Numbered from the stretch's first letter, positions 20,140 through 29,296 are shown. The stretch: DNA of 64,000 nt from an uncultured Methylomirabilota bacterium (GCA_963705305.1 OY970067.1:5376001-5440000); one strand, 5' to 3'. The notes: generated from the sequence alone by a model not told the origin. Translations and numbers: made by a program.

Positions 20140-21348
20140 CTAGTTTTTGGCCCGCTCCGCCAGGAGTTTGACCAGCCGATCCAGGATCCGGCCGGCGACC
20201 TCCCGTTTCGAGAGCAGCGGCAGCTCTTCCAGCCCGCCCTTCGCATCCAGGATCTTCACCACATTCGTCTCGGCATCGAAGCCGGCCCCCGGCTGGCTCA
20301 CATCGTTGGCGACCATGAGGTCGACGTGCTTGCGGCCGAGCTTCTCGCGCGCGTTGCGCACCAGGTCCTCCGTCTCGGCCGCGAAACCAACCAGGATCCG
20401 TCCCTCCTTGCGCTTCCCCACCTCCGCCAGGATATCCGGGGTCGGTTCCAGCGCGATGTCGAGACGTGCCTCCTTCTTCTTGATCTTGCGGCCGGCCGCG
20501 TGCACCGGCCGGTAGTCCGCCACCGCCGCCGCCTTGATCACGACCGTGGCGGCGGGCAGCCTGGCCAGGACCGCCTCGAACATCTGCTGGGCCGTCTCGA
20601 CGTGGGCCACATCCACCCCCGGGGGCGCGGAGAGCGCCGTGGGGCCGCTGACCAGGATGACCGCGGCGCCGCGGGCCGCGGCGGCCTCGGCCAGAGCATA
20701 CCCCATCTTTCCCGACGAGCGATTGGAGAAGTAGCGGATAGGATCCAGAGGCTCGCGGGTGGGGCCTGCCGTCACCAGCACCGTCTGCGACGCGAGGTCG
20801 CCCGAGCGACGGAGAATCCGCTCGATGGCCGCCATGATCTCCGGAATGTCGGCCAGACGCCCGGGGCCGACCAGGCCGGACGCCAGCTCGCCGCTGCCCG
20901 GTCCGACCACGTGCACCCCGCGCTCGCGCAGGCGCTGCAGATTCTCCTGCACCGCGGGATGGGTGTACATGTCGCTGTCCATGGCCGGCGCCACCAGCAG
21001 CGGGCAGCGGCTGGCGAGATAGATGTTGCTGAGAAAATCGTCGGCTAGCCCCAAGGCCAGCCGTGCGATCGTCCGCGCCGTGGCCGGGGCCACCACGAAC
21101 AGCTCGGCGCGCCGCCCGCTCTCGATGTGCCCGATCCGCGACCCATAGGCCAGCGAGTACATGTCCAGGAGCACCGGCTGGTGCGACAACGTCTCGAACG
21201 TCAGCGGGGTCACGAACCTGGTGGCCGCTTCGGTCATCACGACCTGGACTTCGGCCCCGCGCCTCGTCAGCTGGCGCACCAGCTCCACCGCCTTGTACGC
21301 GGCGATGCCCCCTGTGACCCCGAGCAGGATCCGTTTTCCCTTCAGCAC
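20140..21348 (-). CDS. coaBC: Phosphopantothenoylcysteine decarboxylase/phosphopantothenate-cysteine ligase
   Basis: GVTGGIAAYK, APAM, TAGPTRE, NRSSGKMG, AAAVADY, GFAAET, ANDV. Confidence 0.97.
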   Translation of the reverse strand: MLKGKRILLGVTGGIAAYKAVELVRQLTRRGAEVQVVMTEAATRFVTPLTFETLSHQPVLLDMYSLAYGSRIGHIESGRRAELFVVAPATARTIARLALGLADDFLSNIYLASRCPLLVAPAMDSDMYTHPAVQENLQRLRERGVHVVGPGSGELASGLVGPGRLADIPEIMAAIERILRRSGDLASQTVLVTAGPTREPLDPIRYFSNRSSGKMGYALAEAAAARGAAVILVSGPTALSAPPGVDVAHVETAQQMFEAVLARLPAATVVIKAAAVADYRPVHAAGRKIKKKEARLDIALEPTPDILAEVGKRKEGRILVGFAAETEDLVRNAREKLGRKHVDLMVANDVSQPGAGFDAETNVVKILDAKGGLEELPLLSKREVAGRILDRLVKLLAERAKN

Positions 21349-21435
21349 GACTGCACCTCACTCCCTGCCGGCACCAGCAAGGCCGTCACCCCGGCCGAGG
21401 CCCTTCGACAATAGCGCTCTCCCATCCGTACCAAC

Positions 21436-21525
21436 GTCCAACGGTAGCGATCACCGGGCCGCAGACAAGCAATCATCCTTCGGCAAGTGACCCGATCGCG
21501 GCTCCGGTGCATCGCACGGTTCGGC
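21436..21525 (-). other. attC recombination site (cassette 3)
   Basis: Minus strand GCCGAAC-cgt-GCGATGCACCGG...CCGGTGATCGC-tacc-GTTGGAC: R'', L'' with an extra base, L' and R' boxes. Confidence 0.85.
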
Positions 21526-21556
21526 GATCGACCGGAAACCCACAGCCATCAGAAGG

Positions 21557-21754
21557 TCACGCCGCCTCGACGGCGGGCAGGCTGAGGTATTCGCGGACTT
21601 CCAACTGCATCCGGTCGATCTCCGCCAGGAACCCCGATGCCGACAATCGGTAATTCACCGGATTCGTTTCGACCTTGCGAAGATGCGCCAGTTGGGCCTG
21701 GAAGTGCCGAATGCGCTCCAGCATCGCCTCCAGTTCTTGGTCGCTTCTTATCAT
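21557..21754 (-). CDS. Small helical protein, putative partner of the upstream nucleotidyltransferase (TA-like pair)
   Basis: 65 aa, ATGA overlap with the upstream gene, same cassette. Confidence 0.75.
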   Translation of the reverse strand: MIRSDQELEAMLERIRHFQAQLAHLRKVETNPVNYRLSASGFLAEIDRMQLEVREYLSLPAVEAA

Positions 21755-22197
21755 GGCATCTCCTCGCCGATTTCCACTATGCTGCGGCGGCCACCTTCAC
21801 GCTTCACTTGCCAGTATTCTATCGCAGTTTGCTCGCCGCCGAAAGCGGCCAGACGGCGCACCCAGAACACGCTGGCACCGAAGTGAGCGTCCGATGCAGA
21901 ATGATCGAAGACCAGGGCCGCTTCGCTCGGCAGAGTGCCGCTGTCGAACGCGTCATCCATTACGAGAAACACATCCACATCGCGGGGTTCCGGTTTCTCC
22001 GTAACGAACGAACCGAACACCACGAACCGGGCCAAATGCCCGGCGGCTTGGGCCAAACGATAGATTCGCTCGAGGCGTTCCGCGACAGCCATCCGTTGTC
22101 GGGAGCCCGTGCCAAAACGATCGAGCACCTCCCGCAATGATGCCCGATGCACACCGGGTGGCAAGTCCCCAGCGCTTGTGAACGGTGGCAACGGCAC
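21751..22197 (-). CDS. DUF6932-like minimal nucleotidyltransferase
   Basis: N-terminal GDLPPGVH and pol-beta motif FGSFVT...PRDVDV (GS...DxD). Confidence 0.8.
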   Translation of the reverse strand: MPLPPFTSAGDLPPGVHRASLREVLDRFGTGSRQRMAVAERLERIYRLAQAAGHLARFVVFGSFVTEKPEPRDVDVFLVMDDAFDSGTLPSEAALVFDHSASDAHFGASVFWVRRLAAFGGEQTAIEYWQVKREGGRRSIVEIGEEMP

Positions 22198-22218
22198 CCG
22201 GCACCCCCATTCTCTGTC

Positions 22219-22323
22219 GCCGAACGCCCGCGCTTAGCGGCCGGAGGGCGAGCAGCGTAACCCATCACCCACACTCCGGCAGCGTCCCGGATGAGCCGCG
22301 TCAAGTGGGTGGCGGCGTTCGCC
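22219..22323 (-). other. Degenerate or hybrid attC site (cassette 2)
   Basis: Minus strand GGCGAAC...ccgctaagcgcgggc-GTTCGGC. Right half is typical; L boxes pair poorly. Confidence 0.55.
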
Positions 22324-22707
22324 CGCGGTGATGCGTAGTCACGCGCGAGTCGTCTCTCAGTTGCGATGGCGTCAGCCGCCAAGCGACACCGGATGCCATG
22401 GTCAAAGAGAAAGCCGGCCTCCCGAAAAGCCTCAAGCGTGGGCGAGGCGACGATGCCGCCACGACAAAGTTCGCGGAGCAGGATGGTTCTGACTACGACC
22501 TTCTCGGCCGCATCGTAAAAGTACGCAGTGCTCGACGAGCCAGGGTTCCGCTGTGGAGACGATGCATTCATCTGAGAGAACCGAAGCCCGGAATTCATCA
22601 AGAATTCCTTCGACTGGGAAATGGACCATATCCCTCTTTGTGACGTATTCAATCGGGTAGTCACGATTGAGCCGATCCAAGATCGCGATGATGTTCTCCG
22701 TTTTCAT
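22324..22707 (-). pseudogene. Cassette 2 ORF of unknown function, probably frameshifted
   Basis: ATG 22707 lies just after the attC GTT. That frame stops at 22432, while an overlapping frame (YFYDAAEK...) continues to the attC. Confidence 0.45.
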
Positions 22708-22712
22708 TCTAT

Positions 22713-22772
22713 CGCCAACGTTAGCCATGAGCGGCGCGCGGAACGCGCGTACGCTCCATGGCTTGGCTCGGT
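22713..22772 (-). other. attC recombination site (cassette 1)
   Basis: Minus strand ACCGAGC-caa-GCCATGGAGC-gtacgcgcgttccgcgcgcc-GCTCATGGC-taac-GTTGGCG; 60 bp, directly after the GNAT stop. Confidence 0.85.
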
Positions 22773-22775
22773 GCG

Positions 22776-23130
22776 TCACTTATTCGGTATTATCTCAAGA
22801 GTCAGGGCGCAGTCGGAATATCCCATGGCCCTCCAGAACTCCACCGCGGATTCATTCCTGCACAGCACCTCGACCACAAGTCTTTTCTCTTTCGACCAGA
22901 CAGTATTAAACAGAATCGTCATCGCTCGCCTGCCTATGCCCTGTCTCCGCCGGCCTCTCGCGACAAAGAGCTGCCGAGTATTCGCTTTGAATCCAACCAT
23001 TCATCCTCTCTCGCAACTCGGGAACCCTCATCGGGTTGCGGTGCCCTTCGTCGCGAAGGAGTTGATGGTTCCATTCGGCCAGCAAATCCAAGTCACTTGT
23101 TGTGGCAATGCGATGGTTCATCTTCTTCAC
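22776..23130 (-). pseudogene. GNAT acetyltransferase cassette gene, split by a frameshift or internal deletion
   Basis: The N-half (DLDLLAEWNHQLLRDEGHRNPM) and C-half (RQLFV..RRRQGIGR..NESAVEFWRAMGY) are in different frames and join near 22975. Confidence 0.8.
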
Positions 23131-23299
23131 ACCGAACGACAGATATACAGTCTGTATAAACCCTCAACCACAGACCGTGCGTGTTTGTATAAGACGCTCC
23201 ACAGTTTCATGAGAAGATCTCATAACTTCAACCCTCCGAGCCCTTCCGCGCCTTCGAGGGCTCCGGTGAGATTCGGCTTATGCAGACTGCATAAGATGC
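23131..23299 (-). other. attI-like region
   Basis: GTTCGGT core at 23137-23131, preceded by the related palindromes TATACAG-T-CTGTATA (23144-23158) and CTTATGCAG-A-CTGCATAAG (23277-23295). Confidence 0.6.
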
Positions 23300-23300
23300 C

Positions 23301-23333
23301 TCAGGGCCCGTCCGCGGAGCTGCGCATACCAGG
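23301..23333 (-). pseudogene. Possible C-terminal remnant of an integron integrase
   Basis: Translates as PGMRSSADGP*, resembling the IntI C-terminal GVRSPxD motif; directly upstream of the attI-like region. Very short match. Confidence 0.4.
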
Positions 23334-23357
23334 CCTTCCTTGGGGGCCTGTAGGCCG

Positions 23358-23603
23358 TTACATCGAGATGAGTTTCTTCGTGTCGTCATAGAGGGTATCG
23401 GGACATATGTCCTGCTCGTGAGGCCAGACGACGGTGCTGCCTACTGCACGAGCCTGCCTGAAGTAGCTGAGGTCGCGGAATTCTTTGAAGACTCCGATAT
23501 CCAAGAGGGGGGGGCAGTCGAAGACACCGATTTCTCCATTGGAGAACGTAATTTCAAGCTTGTAGTCGTCTTTCGGAATGACCGCCTTCACTCTGGGGTT
23601 CAT
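23358..23603 (-). CDS. DUF2442 domain protein (TA-like partner)
   Basis: VKAVIPKDDYKLEITFSNGE...GVF...TVVWPHEQDICPDTLY. Confidence 0.88.
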   Translation of the reverse strand: MNPRVKAVIPKDDYKLEITFSNGEIGVFDCPPLLDIGVFKEFRDLSYFRQARAVGSTVVWPHEQDICPDTLYDDTKKLISM

Positions 23604-23606
23604 CGC

Positions 23607-23875
23607 TCACCTCAAAGGATCGATCCTGAAAGGCTGTTGGCCGCTTGCCGCAAGCTGCAGTCCGCCAACAGGTCATCCCTGTGGATCTCGACCTATGCAA
23701 GAACCAGCCTCATCTTTCCGGGAGGAATGGCCCCTTCCAGTAATTCTCCATCGGGGATGCCGACCACGGCCTCATCGTCTTGATACTTGACATGGATGTG
23801 TGGGCGGTTGTGCCGCTTGCTGTCCATGAAGTACAACGAAACTATTATACCGTAGAACATGGATATTACAGGCAT
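23607..23875 (-). pseudogene. DUF4160 domain protein with a nonsense codon and a 1-bp deletion
   Basis: MPVISMFYGIIV...HNRPHIHV...RLVLA, then TAG, then VEIHRDDLLAD-TG-(shift)QLAASGQQPFRIDPLR*. Confidence 0.85.
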
Positions 23876-23912
23876 ACGTCCTCCCCCCGCATCATAATCA
23901 GTGCATGAGGAA

Positions 23913-24803
23913 TCATAGAAAGATCCCCGCGGCCTGCCTGGGCTGGATGCCCAGGACGTCTGCCACCGGCTGGCACTTGATGGTGAAAAGGCAGAAGACC
24001 TCGGCCGACAGCTCCCGCCGGTGCTCGGAGAACACGTAGTAGTTGGCCTGGCCCTTGGCGATGATCAGCCGCGCCGCCTTGAGCGCGCGCTTGAGGTCCG
24101 GCGAGGCCTCCTCCCACGAGATTCCCAGCGTGTCCGGCCCCGCCAGGATCAGCCGGTCTGCCGTCCTGTCCAGCCCGACCATTTGCCCGTCCTCCAGCGT
24201 GGCGTCTGAGGTGATCGGACCGCCCCGCAGGGCCGAGGTGACTGAGCAGCCGTACTGGCGGAGCTCCGCGATGAAGAGCGCGTCCAGGGCGATCTCCCCC
24301 ACGTTGTCATGAATGTAGAGGACGGGCACGCCGAGCTTCACCCGCTCGTACAGGCGGTCCAGGTGGTCCAGGGCGAGTCCTCGCTCCAGGTAGCCCTGGA
24401 GGTGCTGGAGGGTCTTATCCGGCGTGAAGTCGTAGCCGATGCCGACCGTCCGGGAGTCCAGGCTGTTCCCCGCCAGCGCCCAGCGCGCCAGAAAGCGAAA
24501 GCGGGCCAGCCCCTCCAGGCGCGCCGCCTCCTCCCCCAGGCGCCGGGCGATCTCCAGCCCGACCCGGTTCAGCTGTCGCCGCTGCTCCTCGAAGGGCTCG
24601 ACGACACCCGTCTTGCGCTTCAGGATGCGATGCACCTCGGTGATGTAATAGGAGGGGACCCGGTCACAGCCGAAGCTCTCCGCCAGGAACCGCATGGCAC
24701 TCCTGGCGACCCCGAGCTGCTTCACGGGGTCGGACGTCACCTGCCGGGCCGCGGCATAGACGTCTCCCAGAACGCAGGTGAGGCAGGCGGGGGTCGTCTT
24801 CAC
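23913..24803 (-). CDS. DUF89/ARMT1-like damage-control phosphatase
   Basis: N-terminal CLTC, AGNSLD, HDNVGEIALD, PITSDAT, IAKGQANY, IKC; GTGA overlap with thiD. Confidence 0.88.
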   Translation of the reverse strand: MKTTPACLTCVLGDVYAAARQVTSDPVKQLGVARSAMRFLAESFGCDRVPSYYITEVHRILKRKTGVVEPFEEQRRQLNRVGLEIARRLGEEAARLEGLARFRFLARWALAGNSLDSRTVGIGYDFTPDKTLQHLQGYLERGLALDHLDRLYERVKLGVPVLYIHDNVGEIALDALFIAELRQYGCSVTSALRGGPITSDATLEDGQMVGLDRTADRLILAGPDTLGISWEEASPDLKRALKAARLIIAKGQANYYVFSEHRRELSAEVFCLFTIKCQPVADVLGIQPRQAAGIFL

Positions 24804-25618
24804 CGGCGGATCTCCGGCGGGGTGAAGCCTTCGGGAGCGTGGTTAAGCGGCCGCCGGCCGCCGCCGATCCGGGGAGCCGTGCGGATCGCCAGCTCGATGT
24901 AGGCCTGCGCCGCGGCCACCGCCTCCGGCACGGGAAGCCCCCTGGCCAGGCACGCCGCGATGGCCGAGGACAGGGTGCACCCCGTCCCGTGGAATTCCCC
25001 CGGCACGCGCGCCGCCTCCCGCCGGACGAACTCCCGCCCGTCGTACAGCAGGTCCACCACCTTCTCGCCCGGCAGATGTCCCCCCTTGATCAGGACGTAC
25101 GCGGGCCCCATGTCGTGGATGACCCGGGCTGCCTCTCGCATCTCCTCCTCGGTCTCGATCTTCCGCTCGCACAGGAAGGTTGCCTCGTCCAGGTTGGGCG
25201 TGACCACCGTGGCCAGGGGGAACAGATGCCGGCGCATGACGGGCGCCGCCTCGTGCTGCATCAGCGCGTCGCCGCTGGCGGCAATCATCACGGGGTCCAC
25301 CACGAGGTTCGGCAGGCGGCGCTCCTGGGCCACCCCTGCCACCGTGCGGATGATGTCCCCGGTGGCCAGCATGCCGGTCTTGGCGGCGTCGGCACCGATG
25401 TCATCCAACACGGCCGTGAGCTGGGCCGCGATAAACTCGCAGGGGGGCAGCTCGACCCCGTGGACCCCCCGCGTGTTCTGGGCCGTCAAGCCGGTGACGG
25501 CCGACATGCCGAACACGCGAAAGGCCGAGAACGTCTTCAGGTCGGCCTGGATCCCGGCCCCTCCTCCGGAATCCGAGCCGGCAATGGTGAGGGCGACTGG
25601 AAGGCTTCGGACAGGCAT
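24800..25618 (-). CDS. thiD: Hydroxymethylpyrimidine/phosphomethylpyrimidine kinase
   Basis: IAGSDSGGGAGIQADLKTF, TAQNT, KTGML, VDPVM, TPNLDEA, KGGH, HGTGC. Confidence 0.96.
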   Translation of the reverse strand: MPVRSLPVALTIAGSDSGGGAGIQADLKTFSAFRVFGMSAVTGLTAQNTRGVHGVELPPCEFIAAQLTAVLDDIGADAAKTGMLATGDIIRTVAGVAQERRLPNLVVDPVMIAASGDALMQHEAAPVMRRHLFPLATVVTPNLDEATFLCERKIETEEEMREAARVIHDMGPAYVLIKGGHLPGEKVVDLLYDGREFVRREAARVPGEFHGTGCTLSSAIAACLARGLPVPEAVAAAQAYIELAIRTAPRIGGGRRPLNHAPEGFTPPEIRR

Positions 25619-25670
25619 CCTGCGTCTCCTTGCGGACAGCTCGCAGCAGCGTCGCGGTCCCGGCGACCTC

Positions 25671-28010
25671 TCAGGGGGATTTGCGGAACGCCCCGCTCGC
25701 GGTCTCGGGAGCCCGGCGCTCGGCCTCAACCCGCCCGGGCTTGCGGCCGGTCTCGAGCGCGCCGGCCTTTTGCTCCCGCCGCTGGACGCCGGGCGCCCGG
25801 CCCGCGGCCGCGGAGGACCCGTACAGTCTGGTGTATTGTTCGTAAGTTCCCAGCACCCGCTTCACGTAATTTCGCGTCTCGCTGTACGGAATGTTTTCAA
25901 TGAACTCGGCCTCGTCGCTGAAGCCGTAGCGATCCAGCCAGCGGCGCACCGCCTGCGTTCCCGCGTTGTAGGCGGCCAGCGTCAGGGCCAGATTGCCGTT
26001 GTTGTCGCGCAGCAGCTCCGCCAGGTGGATCATCCCCAGCCGGATGTTCACCTCGGGGGTGTGCAGCGGCGGCGGGTTCTCCATCGGCAAGTTGTTGTCC
26101 TTGGCCACCCGCCTGGCCGTCTGCGGCATGAGCTGCATCAACCCTCGCGCCCCCGCCTGCGAGACGGCCTGGGGGGCAAAGGCGCTCTCCTCGCGAATCA
26201 GCGCTGTGACGAAGAAGGGATCCAGGTCCAGGCGCTTGGCCTGCTGGCGAATCAGCGCGATGTGCCCCAGGGGGTAGAGGCACTGCCAGAACCCCCGGAT
26301 GGGCGGCCGCCCGCCCTCCTGAACGTAGAGCGGCAGCAGGATCCGCGTCCCCAGCCACACAGCCTTGTCGTACCGCTCCAGATCGAGGAAGGCGCCGCAG
26401 GCCTCGGCCAGGGCGGCGCGATTCTCGGGCGAGGTGCGCGCCTCCTCACTGTACTCGTCTGCCGCCTCGTCGTCCAGCCCCAGCCCGCGCAGGGCGCGGG
26501 CTTTCTGGGCGTGCAGCTCGTCCACCGGCTTTCCCTTGGGAGGCGCGGCCTTGGTCGCCGCCGCGGGCAGCTCGGCCTTCTTCTTGGCGATCTTGTTCTC
26601 CTTCGCCAGCGCCATCAACCGCTCCAGCGCGCGCAGCTGGTAGTAGTATTGGCTGAACTGATCCCGGAGGATGGCGCGGTAGGCCTCGGTCGCCCCTGCC
26701 GGCTGCTGCAGCTTTTCCAGGACGCGTCCCTTCCAGAAGAGGGCCTGGGCGCGCAGCCGGGACCCGGCTTCCTCGGTCAACAGACGGTCCCAGGATGCCA
26801 GGGCCGCCGGTAGGTCCTGCGCCTCGTAGGCCAGCCAGCCCTGGAGCCAGAGCGCCGTCTCTTTCCAGGACGTTTTGGGATACTCGGCGAGCAGGCGGGC
26901 GAGGTAGGTCCGCCCTGCCGCGATATCCCCGTTATCGGTCGCCGCCTGGCCGAGAAGATAGAGGGCGTCATCGGCGCGCCGGGACTGGGGGAACTCATCC
27001 ACCAGGCGGAGCATGAACTGGCTGAACTTCTCGGCGTCATCCGCCCGGCCGAAGCTCCGGGCCAGCCAGTAGAGGGCTTCCACCTGATCCCCTGTCCCGG
27101 CGGTGACGAGCGGCTCCAGCCACTGCGCTGCCGGGCTGTATTGCCGGAGGCGGAAGGCGCTCATCCCGAGAAAGAAGCGGGCCTGAGCCTCGTGCGGATT
27201 ATCCGCTTCGGCAAACGGCGCCAGCTCCTTCAGGGCCTGGCCGAATTGGCCCTGCTGGTAGAGCGTGGCGGCGCGGAGAAACTGCTCGTCGGGGGTGAGC
27301 GGCGGCGCCGTCGGAATCGCGTCGAGGAAGGCCTTGGCCTGCCGGCTCTCCGGGCTGGCGGGCAGCTCCACCCAGACCCGCCGGAAGACCTGCTCCGCCT
27401 GCTCCACCCGTCCCGAGTACAGCAGGACCTCGCCCAGTGTCACCCACACTGCCGCCCGTCCCCCATTGTGGGTGTAGGTCTCCAGGTACTTCCCCGCCGC
27501 CTGCTCTGCCCGCGGCAAATCGTCGGCCTCCAGATACTCCCGCGGGAGCTTCCGGCTCGCCCGCTCGGCGAACACGCTCGTGGGCTCGATATCCAGCAGT
27601 CGCTGCAGGGCTCCCGCGGCCTCGGCATGTCGTCCAGCGTCCCGGTGGATTGCCGCCAGCGCAAAGAGGGCATAATCGGCCAGCAGGGGGTAGCCGGCCG
27701 CCGCCTGCTCCAGCCGGGGAACGGCCTCCTCGCCACGCCCTTGCCGCCCCAGGAGAAGTCCCAGCAAGAGCTCCACCCTGTTCCTCACCCCCGCCGGCAG
27801 TCTGCGGGCCTCCAAGGCGAGCAGCGCCTCCGTCGCCGGTCCGAGATTCCCTGCCTCCACCGCCTGAACCGCGGCCTTCAGCTCGGACTCGGGTGGGGCC
27901 GGCGCAGGAGTCGCCGCGCTGGCGCCGGCGGCGCAAAGCATCAGCGCCAGACAGGCCACCAGCCATCGCTGCGTCTTGTTTCTCACGATCTGGACCGCCG
28001 TTTCGTGCAT
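25671..28010 (-). CDS. slt: Soluble lytic murein transglycosylase with TPR repeats
   Basis: Signal peptide, TPR-like helices, IREES (catalytic Glu), GARGLMQLMP, AAYNAG, IPYSETRNYVKRV. Confidence 0.92.
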   Translation of the reverse strand: MHETAVQIVRNKTQRWLVACLALMLCAAGASAATPAPAPPESELKAAVQAVEAGNLGPATEALLALEARRLPAGVRNRVELLLGLLLGRQGRGEEAVPRLEQAAAGYPLLADYALFALAAIHRDAGRHAEAAGALQRLLDIEPTSVFAERASRKLPREYLEADDLPRAEQAAGKYLETYTHNGGRAAVWVTLGEVLLYSGRVEQAEQVFRRVWVELPASPESRQAKAFLDAIPTAPPLTPDEQFLRAATLYQQGQFGQALKELAPFAEADNPHEAQARFFLGMSAFRLRQYSPAAQWLEPLVTAGTGDQVEALYWLARSFGRADDAEKFSQFMLRLVDEFPQSRRADDALYLLGQAATDNGDIAAGRTYLARLLAEYPKTSWKETALWLQGWLAYEAQDLPAALASWDRLLTEEAGSRLRAQALFWKGRVLEKLQQPAGATEAYRAILRDQFSQYYYQLRALERLMALAKENKIAKKKAELPAAATKAAPPKGKPVDELHAQKARALRGLGLDDEAADEYSEEARTSPENRAALAEACGAFLDLERYDKAVWLGTRILLPLYVQEGGRPPIRGFWQCLYPLGHIALIRQQAKRLDLDPFFVTALIREESAFAPQAVSQAGARGLMQLMPQTARRVAKDNNLPMENPPPLHTPEVNIRLGMIHLAELLRDNNGNLALTLAAYNAGTQAVRRWLDRYGFSDEAEFIENIPYSETRNYVKRVLGTYEQYTRLYGSSAAAGRAPGVQRREQKAGALETGRKPGRVEAERRAPETASGAFRKSP

Positions 28011-28243
28011 CTTCGAGACGGTAACGCTTCTTGGGCGCGGGGGAAGTGTGCGGACAGCCGGCGGGGCGCACGCCCGTCCCGCGCCGTGCAGGACGCCAGG
28101 CGCCGGCGACGCGGATGGGGCCTGGTCACTCGGACCGCAAACTCGACCACCAACATCGCATGGGGCCTGAGGCCCCCGGGAGGCAAGCTCCTCTTCTCGG
28201 CTCCGACACGCCGGGCAGCCGCCGGAGGGCGCTCATGCCGCCC

Positions 28244-29296
28244 TCACCGCTCCCCCGCCAGACGCGGAAGACTGACGTCGTACGGGGATCGCGCAATGCC
28301 TCGCTCCGTGATGATGGCGTCAATGCAGCTCGCCGGGGCAACGTCGAAGGCAGGATTGGCCGCGCGCATACCGAAGGGCGCCAGCCGCTTGCCGCCGATC
28401 TCGGTCACCTCGGCCGGCGGGCGCTCTTCGATGGGGATCCCGGATCCGTCGCCCAGATCCAGGTCCAGCGTCGAAATCGGGGCCGCAACGTAAAAGGGGA
28501 TGCCGTGCGCACGGGCGAGCAGCGCCAGGCTGTACGTGCCAATCTTGTTGGCCACATCCCCGTTCCGCGCGATGCGGTCCGCTCCCACCACCACCAGGTC
28601 GACCTGCCCCCGACCCATGAAGTAGCCCGCCATGTTGTCGGTGATGAGCGTGGCCGGTATGCCGGCCTTCTTCAGTTCCCAGGCGGTCAGGCGAGCCCCT
28701 TGCAGCACCGGCCGGGTCTCGTCCACCCACACCATGATCTGTTTGCCCGCCTCGGCCGCGGCCCGGATGATTCCCAAGGCCGTCCCGTAGCCGGCCGTGG
28801 CCAGTCCGCCGGCATTGCAGTGGGTCAGGATGCGGGCCGCCTTCGGGACCAGCGCTTGTCCGTGCTGCCCGATGGCCCGGTTGATGCGGATGTCCTCGTC
28901 CCGCATCATCCGCGCCTCTGCCGCCAGCGCCGCCCTGATCCCGGACGGCGGAAGATCGCGGGACTTCCGGGCCAGCTCCAGCATCCGCCGCACGGCCCAG
29001 GACAGATTCACGGCCGTGGGCCGCGTGGCGAGGAGCTGCTTGCCCATCTGCTCCAGTGCCGCGTAGAACTCCGCGAAGGTCTGCGCCTGGATGGCCTGCG
29101 CCCCCAGCGTCAGCCCCATGGCCGCGGCAATCCCGATGGCCGGGGCCCCGCGGACCTGGAGCGTCTTGATGGCCCGCGCCACCTCTTCGACGGTCCGGCA
29201 CTCCAGGTAGACCTCTTCGTCGGGCAGCCGGGTCTGATCGATCAGCCGAACGGTGCCTTCGGGCGTGAGGCTCAGCGTAACGAACTCGTCAGCCAT
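28244..29296 (-). CDS. mtnA: S-methyl-5-thioribose-1-phosphate isomerase
   Basis: [60 protein letters not shown]. Confidence 0.96.
   Translation of the reverse strand: MADEFVTLSLTPEGTVRLIDQTRLPDEEVYLECRTVEEVARAIKTLQVRGAPAIGIAAAMGLTLGAQAIQAQTFAEFYAALEQMGKQLLATRPTAVNLSWAVRRMLELARKSRDLPPSGIRAALAAEARMMRDEDIRINRAIGQHGQALVPKAARILTHCNAGGLATAGYGTALGIIRAAAEAGKQIMVWVDETRPVLQGARLTAWELKKAGIPATLITDNMAGYFMGRGQVDLVVVGADRIARNGDVANKIGTYSLALLARAHGIPFYVAAPISTLDLDLGDGSGIPIEERPPAEVTEIGGKRLAPFGMRAANPAFDVAPASCIDAIITERGIARSPYDVSLPRLAGER

Larger units (their letters stand above)
21436..23333 (-). mobile_element. Degraded integron: attI-like site, three cassettes with attC sites, possible intI 3' remnant
   Basis: Three attC-like imperfect palindromes separate co-oriented short ORFs. 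For cassettes 1 and 3, the first 7 bp are complementary to their own R'' box. No intact integrase in the window. Confidence 0.8.

Noticed and set aside
23693..23695. In-frame TAG in DUF4160 as possible recoding (pyrrolysine or readthrough)
   Set aside because: A second lesion (frameshift) follows in the same gene, neighbouring genes are also decayed, and TAG is a normal stop elsewhere in the window.
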